From: Planctomycetales bacterium
Lineage (GTDB): Bacteria; 4484-113; JAFGCY01
Assembly: GCA_022646745.1 (NCBI GenBank)
Contig: CP060262.1
Location: forward strand, 3,510,001 to 3,542,000
Length of the DNA stretch: 32,000 nucleotides
Direction: 5' to 3'
Part shown: piece by piece, positions 24,414 to 32,000 of the stretch
Numbering within the stretch: position 1 is the first letter of the stretch
How the letters are laid out: each line of letters starts with the position of its first letter
Translations under genes and position numbers: made by a program
Notes under the pieces: generated by a model
Told to the model about the DNA's origin: nothing
What the model saw: the letters and a program-made list of their open reading frames with translations, nothing else
Database searches by the model: none

Positions 24414-24941
24414 ATGGTGAAGCAGAATCCAAAATCCATGCTATTCGCACTGCTCCTGTTGGCAGTGCTGCTAAGCGGCTGTCCGAAGAACAAGCAGAAT
24501 TCGGCTGCAAATAATGTGACAAGCACCACGAATGCCAGTATCGACAAAGTGGAGTTCGAGGAATTCTGCGCGGAAAGCGGTGCTGCAGAATGGCAAGAAC
24601 TGCTTGCATTGCTAAGGGGCTTCCGGCTTTCAAAAGATCGCAGCGGCACTGAAATGCCTGGCAAGGCATATATTGGCATTTTCGACAGTGATACTGACAG
24701 GGATGATTTCCTGCGCAGGGCCTATTCCCTGACCGGAAGGGAACTCTACAGGATGGATACAGAGCGGGACCCGGTGTACATGCTTTCGGATGGCGCTAGC
24801 CTACGTGTGATCAGCTGGAAGTACAACACTTCAATCAAGACAAACGGCAAACCGGGACTCGTAATCACTTACATGGACATGACAGACCAACAAAGCCTGA
24901 GTATAGTCCTTCAGCGAATGGATAAGGTTCCCTGGCAATAG
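24414..24941 (+). CDS. hypothetical lipoprotein
   Basis: The signal peptide with lipobox reads MVKQNPKSMLFALLLLAVLLSGC. The mature part was not recognised. The start may be GTG at 24417 (see findings). Confidence 0.6.
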   Translation: MVKQNPKSMLFALLLLAVLLSGCPKNKQNSAANNVTSTTNASIDKVEFEEFCAESGAAEWQELLALLRGFRLSKDRSGTEMPGKAYIGIFDSDTDRDDFLRRAYSLTGRELYRMDTERDPVYMLSDGASLRVISWKYNTSIKTNGKPGLVITYMDMTDQQSLSIVLQRMDKVPWQ

Positions 24942-24961
24942 GTCTGGCAATACCGGATTCG

Positions 24962-27655
24962 TTACTGCTTCGTGATCACCACGCTGACGGCGGATTCATC
25001 GTCCGTGCTGAACAGGATCGTATTGTCGCTAGAGTTGCAGGCATACACGCCAGCCGGCTGGCCGTTGACGGTAACGCTGTAGCTGCCGGGTTCGAGGTCG
25101 CCGACCAGGTGCAGCATGCCGGCCTGCGGGGCATCCACGGTATAGCTGCAACCGCTGCGCAGCATTTCCTCGCGGGCGAACACCGCACACAGCGGTCCCT
25201 GTACAACTCCGGCGTTGGCAGCATCGCTGATATGCTGCAGGTTGGCATCGAAATCCGTGAGTGAGCTGTCACCCATGCGGATCACGCTGAGGATGTCAAC
25301 GCTGTCCGACTCAGGCGGGCTGACCTGCGTCTGCCAGAGGCGCTGGTAATCCGGCACTTCATACTGATAGTACTCCGCCAGCAGCTGCTTCTCATCCACC
25401 ACGCTGATCTGGCAGCCGGCCGGTTCCAGCGTGCGGTGCAGCAGGCGCTGGCTGCCATCGGCACTGGTCTGGTTGATGGTGTCACCAATGAGCTGCGGCT
25501 CAGTCTCGGAGCGCAGGCGGTACAGGCACCAGCCGCTGTCCGCCGTGCGCAGGCGGTCCAGCACCACCAAGTAGTCACCTACCCAAACGAAGTGGCGGCG
25601 GTAGGAATTGACACGCAGGGTCGGGTCCCAGCTGTCCGGGTTGTCATCGTAGTTGTCATCGGCCTGCAGCATCGCATAGGCCAGCAGCGGGGAGTCCGAG
25701 CAGCGCCAGCGCAGCAGGCTGGCCGGGGCATCCATCCCGGTGGTCTTCATGTGCCCTTGCTCGGTGTCATTCTCGATGGACAGGGTGTTGTAGGTCTGGG
25801 CGCCGCATTCGAAGCTCTTGTAGCCGGGTGCCTCGCGCGTGAGGAACTGGCCATTGCGCTGCAATGAGAAGTGCCCGCTGTCAGGCTGCATGTGGTCGCA
25901 GGGCACGCTGCCCTGTCCGCTGAACACGCCCCAGCTGTCAGTGCTGCCCCAGCCCGTGCGGAAGCTGAGCATGTCCACCGGGCCGTACTTTGCCACAAGA
26001 GGCAGGTTGGCATCGAAGGGATCAGCCTCAGCGAGATTGCCGGAAGCGCTGAAGAAGAATTCGCGGAAGGGGTCGGTGTGGTAGCCCGGCAGGTTGCGCT
26101 GCAGGTGCCGGGCCCAGGCAGCTGACTCGCCGTCGCCATTCTGTTCCGCCTCATCAGCCCAGGATGCCAGCGCGGTGTGGATGTAGGCCTGGCCGCTGAG
26201 CAGGTCACCATCCTGCCAGTCACTGCCGCTGTAGGCGTGGTCGCCATCCGGGCTCATGCTGTAGATGAAGGCGCGGATCTGGCTGTCCCACAGGGTGTCA
26301 AAGCCCGGCTCCAGCTCGTTGACATCGTAACCGCAGGCCGTGCGCAGCGTTTCTGCCCAGTCCTTCAGGCCGTAGAAGTCGGTGCCGGTGCAGTAGAACC
26401 AGCCACTCGGCCAGGGCCCCTGCCCCCAGCCCTGCACCCAGTGGCGCACACTGGCGGCATCGGTGTACTCACGCCAGACGCCGCTGTCCGGAGGATCACC
26501 CGCTCCCTTGGTAAACATTCGCCAGCCGCGTTCGAAGATCTCCGGTGCGCGTTCGCTGTCACCCCACAGGGCGCAGCCGATCGTGGCCAGCGTGGCTCCA
26601 GCCATGCAAACGCGGTCGGTGTCCTGTGAATTGCCGACCCCGTCGCTGAACAGCGCATCCTCCCAGAGCATGTCGGAGAAGGTTTCCAGCTTGGCGATGT
26701 ATGCGGCCTTGCGCGCAGGCGTCATGTTGGGATGGTCGTAGAGCCAGTCGTAGCCAAGCGCGATGTGGTGGATCTGGCAGTGGTAGGGGCAGCAGCTGAT
26801 CTCCCACTCCAGCGGGGCGTCGTCAAGCAGCTGGAAGGCGCGCTGCGCGTACTGCTCATCGCCGGTCAGCTTGTACATCAGCAGCGGGTACGGGATGGTG
26901 TGGTTCAGCCCGGCCCAGTACAGCTCGGTCTGGTACTGCTGGGCGCGGATGTTGAACAGCTGCCATTCCGGTGTGTTGGAATTCATCGCATCAGTCAGGC
27001 CGCTGAGGCGTTCGGGAGTGAGCCAGAGACGCGGATGCGGGCCGTCCGGCAGGTAGTCGCTGCCAATGGACTGCAGGCGTACTTCCCTGAGCACGGCGGA
27101 GGGCTGGTCCTGCACCACGATCGCCACCAGCAGCTGGCCGCTGATGGACTCGGTGCAGTCGATAAGGCCGGGGACGCTGGCCATGCCGCCGTTCTCCGGC
27201 CGTTGCCAGTACCAGCGGCCTGCGCTCCAGTTGGCAAAGCCGATATACAGGCTGCCATCAGCCGGGGCAGCCTGCCAGTCCAGGCTGAGCTGTGGCAGCG
27301 CACTCTGGCCAGGGCTGAGCGAATAGATGGCCCAGCTGCAGCGCTCAGCGGCAGGAGTGGAAGCATCCAGCGGAGTGAAGCTGGCGGTGCCCTGCCCGGC
27401 ATCTGTCGTGAGGTTGCGGCTGCCCAGCGAAGCCGCGATGTCGTCACCGCTGCGTGCAAGCAGCTCGACGGCACTTGCATCGCGGTCCAGTGCAAAGGAA
27501 TCCGGGAAGGGAATGCCCAGCCGTTCCCCGGTCGGCAGTGATGACACAGGCGGGTTGCCGTCAGTCCTCGCGTTGCGGCCAGCACAGCCGGGTGCTAGCA
27601 ACAGGGCCAGGCACATTCCGGCCAGCAGCAGCTTCTTCATTCGCAGTCCACTCAT
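24962..27655 (-). CDS. heparinase II/III-like (polysaccharide-lyase-like alpha/alpha toroid plus beta-sandwich) lipoprotein
   Basis: The signal and lipobox read MKKLLLAGMCLALLLAPGC. The central region PRLWLTPERL...YWAGLNHTIPYPLLMY looks like an alginate-lyase/DUF4962-type toroid. CDHMQPDSGHFSLQRNGQFLTREAPGY matches the H-x-D-x-G-x-F-x-L signature of the heparinase II/III C-domain. The start is at 27655 or 27640. Confidence 0.72.
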   Translation of the reverse strand: MSGLRMKKLLLAGMCLALLLAPGCAGRNARTDGNPPVSSLPTGERLGIPFPDSFALDRDASAVELLARSGDDIAASLGSRNLTTDAGQGTASFTPLDASTPAAERCSWAIYSLSPGQSALPQLSLDWQAAPADGSLYIGFANWSAGRWYWQRPENGGMASVPGLIDCTESISGQLLVAIVVQDQPSAVLREVRLQSIGSDYLPDGPHPRLWLTPERLSGLTDAMNSNTPEWQLFNIRAQQYQTELYWAGLNHTIPYPLLMYKLTGDEQYAQRAFQLLDDAPLEWEISCCPYHCQIHHIALGYDWLYDHPNMTPARKAAYIAKLETFSDMLWEDALFSDGVGNSQDTDRVCMAGATLATIGCALWGDSERAPEIFERGWRMFTKGAGDPPDSGVWREYTDAASVRHWVQGWGQGPWPSGWFYCTGTDFYGLKDWAETLRTACGYDVNELEPGFDTLWDSQIRAFIYSMSPDGDHAYSGSDWQDGDLLSGQAYIHTALASWADEAEQNGDGESAAWARHLQRNLPGYHTDPFREFFFSASGNLAEADPFDANLPLVAKYGPVDMLSFRTGWGSTDSWGVFSGQGSVPCDHMQPDSGHFSLQRNGQFLTREAPGYKSFECGAQTYNTLSIENDTEQGHMKTTGMDAPASLLRWRCSDSPLLAYAMLQADDNYDDNPDSWDPTLRVNSYRRHFVWVGDYLVVLDRLRTADSGWCLYRLRSETEPQLIGDTINQTSADGSQRLLHRTLEPAGCQISVVDEKQLLAEYYQYEVPDYQRLWQTQVSPPESDSVDILSVIRMGDSSLTDFDANLQHISDAANAGVVQGPLCAVFAREEMLRSGCSYTVDAPQAGMLHLVGDLEPGSYSVTVNGQPAGVYACNSSDNTILFSTDDESAVSVVITKQ

Positions 27656-27809
27656 GTCAAGATAATAGTCTTGAAGTGCCTGACTTGTAACAGATAAATG
27701 TCAATTTGATGAAAAAAGTGTAAGGCTGATTTGCACAGATAGAGTATGCCTGATCAGTACTGGGCTGAACGCTTCACCGGCCTGAAGCGGACTCTGCTAT
27801 GCTGCGGGA

Positions 27810-28391
27810 GTGATAGGCAAGCACCTCTTCCTTTCGTTCCTTTGCCTGCTGCTCCCGCTGGCCCTGTTGCTGGGCGGCTGCCCGAAGCAGCAGCCGGCGG
27901 GTGACAATGCCCAGCAGCCGGAAGCAGCGGCAGCGCCTGAAGCAGAAGCGCCAGCCGGGGAAACTCCGGCCGAGACAGCGTCGGCTGCGCCGGAAGCTGT
28001 CAACATGGATGAGCTGGCTGAATTCAGCGGGCACCTGGCAATCGATGCCAGCCTGCTGGCCCCGCACCTGGAGTCGTTCAGCGAGTTTGATGAAGAGAGC
28101 AATGTCGGCCAGATGCATGTCTTCCGGCCCTGCAAGGCAGGCTTTGCCAACGAAGCTGAGTTCCAAAGCTTCGTGGACATCCTGCGAGGGGATGTGTTCG
28201 AGGACTACGCCCGCGAGACCGGCACGCATGCCGTGGAAGCGCTGGTAGACAGTGAAGTGATGCGCATCATCATCCTCAAGCATGACAAGGCGATCGCAGC
28301 CGGCCAGCCCCGGCAGGTTGAGATGGGCCTGCTGAGCTTCGGCGACCGCAGCGAATTCGAGCAGATGCTCAGCGGGATGCAGAAGCAGTAA
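27810..28391 (+). CDS. hypothetical lipoprotein with an Ala/Pro/Glu-rich linker
   Basis: The GTG start gives MIGKHLFLSFLCLLLPLALLLGGC (lipobox), followed by the low-complexity stretch PEAAAAPEAEAPAGETPAETASAAPEA and a globular part of about 120 aa that I do not recognise. Confidence 0.55.
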   Translation: MIGKHLFLSFLCLLLPLALLLGGCPKQQPAGDNAQQPEAAAAPEAEAPAGETPAETASAAPEAVNMDELAEFSGHLAIDASLLAPHLESFSEFDEESNVGQMHVFRPCKAGFANEAEFQSFVDILRGDVFEDYARETGTHAVEALVDSEVMRIIILKHDKAIAAGQPRQVEMGLLSFGDRSEFEQMLSGMQKQ

Positions 28392-28399
28392 GCTTCGGG

Positions 28400-30817
28400 C
28401 TAGTCCTGCGAGATGTAGAGCAGCTCACCCGTGGCGTTGTCTATTGCCAGGATGGCCACCTTGCCGCCCACTTCCTCACAGTCCAGCGGGGAGATGCCGG
28501 CTTCGCCATTGTCAATGTCCAGGATCACAGGGTCACCGAAGCCCGTTCCATCAGCCGTGCCGGACTTCATGTAGCGGATGCTGCCGTCCCTGCCAACGTA
28601 GACCACAACCGGCTTACCCTGTTCCAGGAGGGCCAGCCTGCCAGTGGTCCTAGTGTAGAAGAGACCTGGAACGACAGATTTGGGCGAGCCTGCGTCCAGC
28701 GGGCCGGTCACAGTGCATGATGTGTTCAGCGTCCAGCTGTCACCGTCCGGCAGCAGCTCTGCAAAGGCAAGGCAGGCTGAATATTCCAGCCCGGGAGAAC
28801 CGGCGTTGAGCTCCTCGCCCGTGAAGGACTGGAGGCCGAGGAACACGATGCGGTTGCCATCCTGCTGGTAGCGGCAACCATACAGGCTGATATCGGAGTC
28901 AATCTCGGTCGCATCTGACCAGCTTCTGGCATCCGGAGCGAGTGTGGTCCTTACATTTAGCTTCTGGCCGTTGTCAGCGATGGATATGGCTATCTGGCTG
29001 GAATCCAGCCTGAATATCCGCTGTCCGCGGCCAGGCATGAATGTATTCGTTGACTGCGGGAAGACCGTGTTGGTGAAGTCCATGCTTCCCGGTGCTTTTT
29101 CGATGTCCAGGTTGCCATCATCATTGATCCCGCCCACATGACTCAGCCAGAGCCTGTCGCCAACCACATCCAGACCGTAGGTAACCAGGGCCTTATACAT
29201 CGGTCCGGCAGTGAATCCGCTGCCATCAAGTAGCTCTGACTGCAGCAGGTGGAGATTTCCCGTGAAGGCGATGCCAGACGGCAGGGCAAACAGGGACAGC
29301 ACCGGCAGTCCGTCACGTTCGAGCAGGCTGATATAGGGGTTGGGATTGTCCGGTACTTCCAGTGCATTCAATACGGAAGAAATATCCTGAACCGGCGGCC
29401 AGCTGTTACCTGAAGCATCCAGCGAGCGCAGGTAGCCGGCCTGGAAAGCCCCGCTGCCGTTGCCAACGATATGGACAATAGCCGGGTTCCCAGAGATTTC
29501 CTGCAGGTCGGCACGGATGTTGTACATGCCGGGCACCGGTTCGAACAGGCTGGTATGCGTGACGCTCCAGCCGCTGTCCAGCGTCACCCGGGACGACTGA
29601 AGCGGGATGAGCTCCTCGGCGGCACTGAGGTACTTGCGAGAATCCTGCAGGGACAACACGATCCGGTAATCTCCGGCATCGTAAAGCGGGACTACCAGCA
29701 CTTTTCCCTTGTTTGAGTTGAGCTCCTTGTCAAACAGCAGTTCGCCAGACTCCGAATAGAGCTGGCAACGCTGATTGAGGGAACTTCCGTCGTCGTCACT
29801 GGAGCCGGAGAAGTCCACACTCAGCAGGCTCGGCGCGGAGTCCTCGGAAAGCTCAATGCTGTATTCAAGCACTGGTGGCTGGTTGCGTGGGAAGTCAAAG
29901 TGGTATGACGGTGCTTCGGGTTCATCGGCCTGCAGGTTGACGGCGACGAAGCGGAAACTCCAGTCTGACAATGCGTCAAGCACAGTGACATATGAGTAGA
30001 CAGCGATGCCGACAGGCCTGGTGTCGGGGGCAAGTGCGTAACTGAGGCTGCCGGGCTGCAGGCCGACAGCCGCCGGGTAATCACCATTGCGCGAAATGCT
30101 CAGCCCGGATTCCGGGAAGAAGGGATCCAGCAGCAGCTCCTCAGGCTCGCCATCACGGCTGACATAGATGCGGTAGCCGTCCAGGCTTTCCAGCCAGTGC
30201 TGCGCGATCACCGTTATGTCAGCGGCATTGATTACCCCATCAAGGTTGCCATCGATCCGCCCAAGCGCATAGTCGTCCGGATAGTCTCCATGGGCTCCAG
30301 GGATTTCCACCGGCGTATAGTTGAGGGTGCTACCCCAGTGCTGGGCGAGCGGCACGAGGTCTGAGGAGTTGACAACACCGTTGCCATCGTAATCCCCGGG
30401 CTGGTACTCATTGATGAGCAGCTCCGCTGCGACCGGTGAATCCGGCACTTCGCCCTGCATTTCGTAGGCGAATATCCCCGCATAGCGCAGGTACACACCG
30501 CTGGGTGCCTTGGTCTGGGTTGCAGAGATGTCCTTGCCGGCTGCACTCAGTTCACGGCCAAGCATATCCGAGAGATTGCTGAGAAGTTGCTGGTCCGTGC
30601 CAGCCTGGTTAGTCTGTTGATCGGCTGCCAGGTCCTGCGCAGCTTTGATGTCCACCGGGCCAGTGGCAGTATGTGGCAGTCCTGTACCCGCAGGTGCTTC
30701 CAGCGTAGCCGGATAATCAGCATTGGCCTGCTGCAAAGTGCTGCCTCCCCCGCAGCCGCCAATCAGCAGCAGTCCCATTGCGGTGGCAGCCAGTTGTCCC
30801 AGTCTCCCCTTAAGCAT
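28400..30817 (-). CDS. large lipoprotein with a dockerin-like double EF-hand module and beta-rich C-terminal domains
   Basis: The signal and lipobox read MLKGRLGQLAATAMGLLLIGGC. The dockerin-type repeats DYDGNGVVNSSDLVPLAQHW and IDGNLDGVINAADITVIAQHW lie at nt 30194-30397. The remaining ~600 aa are Ser/Gly/Asp-rich and beta-like, with no family recognised. Confidence 0.7.
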   Translation of the reverse strand: MLKGRLGQLAATAMGLLLIGGCGGGSTLQQANADYPATLEAPAGTGLPHTATGPVDIKAAQDLAADQQTNQAGTDQQLLSNLSDMLGRELSAAGKDISATQTKAPSGVYLRYAGIFAYEMQGEVPDSPVAAELLINEYQPGDYDGNGVVNSSDLVPLAQHWGSTLNYTPVEIPGAHGDYPDDYALGRIDGNLDGVINAADITVIAQHWLESLDGYRIYVSRDGEPEELLLDPFFPESGLSISRNGDYPAAVGLQPGSLSYALAPDTRPVGIAVYSYVTVLDALSDWSFRFVAVNLQADEPEAPSYHFDFPRNQPPVLEYSIELSEDSAPSLLSVDFSGSSDDDGSSLNQRCQLYSESGELLFDKELNSNKGKVLVVPLYDAGDYRIVLSLQDSRKYLSAAEELIPLQSSRVTLDSGWSVTHTSLFEPVPGMYNIRADLQEISGNPAIVHIVGNGSGAFQAGYLRSLDASGNSWPPVQDISSVLNALEVPDNPNPYISLLERDGLPVLSLFALPSGIAFTGNLHLLQSELLDGSGFTAGPMYKALVTYGLDVVGDRLWLSHVGGINDDGNLDIEKAPGSMDFTNTVFPQSTNTFMPGRGQRIFRLDSSQIAISIADNGQKLNVRTTLAPDARSWSDATEIDSDISLYGCRYQQDGNRIVFLGLQSFTGEELNAGSPGLEYSACLAFAELLPDGDSWTLNTSCTVTGPLDAGSPKSVVPGLFYTRTTGRLALLEQGKPVVVYVGRDGSIRYMKSGTADGTGFGDPVILDIDNGEAGISPLDCEEVGGKVAILAIDNATGELLYISQD

Positions 30818-31118
30818 TGCAGTCTCCCTGATATCAAACAGGATCGGCCCTGGTTAAATGATAGGCAGTTTGCCGGCCTGCCACAACGTACACTCCCGCG
30901 GATTCCGAGGGGAGACACTTGGCCTGGTCGCAGTAAGCCAGAATAGGAGAGCAGCCAGTTGCGCAGGATCGCAAATGACGGGATTGATCAACCCAGGCCG
31001 CAGGATGCGATAAAGCCCCTGCCCTGTTGATAGATTGGTAATTGCCGGGCCCGCAAGCCTGATTAACACTGGAATTCCTGCAATTTCGCTAATTTGCTGG
31101 TAATTTCTCTATTACCCC

Positions 31119-31146
31119 TTGACGATCGGGACGGATGTGCTACAAT
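31119..31146 (+). promoter_or_regulatory. sigma70-type promoter for the 23S rRNA gene
   Basis: TTGACG (31119-31124), a 16-nt spacer and TACAAT (31141-31146). An AT-rich UP-like tract (AATTTCGCTAATTTGCTGGTAATTTCTCTATTA) precedes it. The promoter lies about 255 nt upstream of the mature 23S 5' end. Confidence 0.55.
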
Positions 31147-31401
31147 CTCAGTCCTTTCGAATCCGGGAGGGCGGTTTTGCCGCCACTAAATCCGGGGTTC
31201 TGGGGTGGGTCGCGGGACCCGCAGTACATTGAAAATTGTTTTCTGGTGGTCGTTCGAAGGTTCCCAAGACCTTCGGACGTGGCAACTCAAACGAGAATAC
31301 ATTTTGTGTATCTCGCACAAGATCGCAATCATTAGTATCAATTAATTCATTTCAACCAGTGGATGCGTTCCACGAACAAGTCTGCAAAGTTGAGGTGAGA
31401 C

Positions 31402-32000
<599 letters not shown>

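Noticed and set aside
31156-31164. A TTCGAATCC T-loop-like word suggesting a tRNA in the rRNA leader.
   Set aside because: The flanking bases (GTCCT / GGGAG) cannot form a T-stem, and no acceptor or anticodon arms can be drawn. It is most likely part of the 23S leader structure.

Overview
This is a GC-rich bacterial chromosomal window; hand counts of single 60-nt coding lines give about 65% GC in most genes. No mobile elements, CRISPR arrays or tRNAs were found. The left edge carries a transporter fragment and thiG on the minus strand. A co-directional, tightly packed plus-strand cluster then runs from about 1191 to 16966. It contains two paralogous zinc-ribbon/4-TM proteins, a cation-dependent class I O-methyltransferase and a diverged 2-TM protein. 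Its main feature is a head-to-tail array of 16 intact paralogous genes (17 domain units, 4031-16510) from a family I do not recognise. Each unit has an N-terminal soluble domain of about 150 aa with the motifs GKPxYD, RL-RIDN--A--IA--LW, LR-VDFGD-VEGP and YLEF---P. This is followed by a 2-TM hairpin and an invariant juxtamembrane tail, LALYISFTDEF. Most junctions overlap (ATGA, GTGATG or 8-11 nt), one gene is a natural fusion of two units, and neighbouring genes are each other's closest relatives. Downstream lie two tandem CRTAC1/ASPIC-UnbV FG-GAP lipoprotein paralogs. Next come an atypically long TrpRS (N-terminal extension, an insertion of about 95 aa, and a C-terminal Cys cluster resembling the Fe-S TrpRS motif) and a CADD/PqqC-like di-iron protein. 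These are followed by a lipoprotein cluster with a heparinase II/III-like protein and a dockerin-bearing protein. The window ends with the 5' end of a 23S rRNA gene that has its own consensus promoter and no linked 16S. That arrangement, together with the lipoprotein and ASPIC content, is compatible with Planctomycetota/PVC-type genomes, though this placement is low confidence. All functional ideas about the array are hypotheses that need database and structure searches I cannot run.
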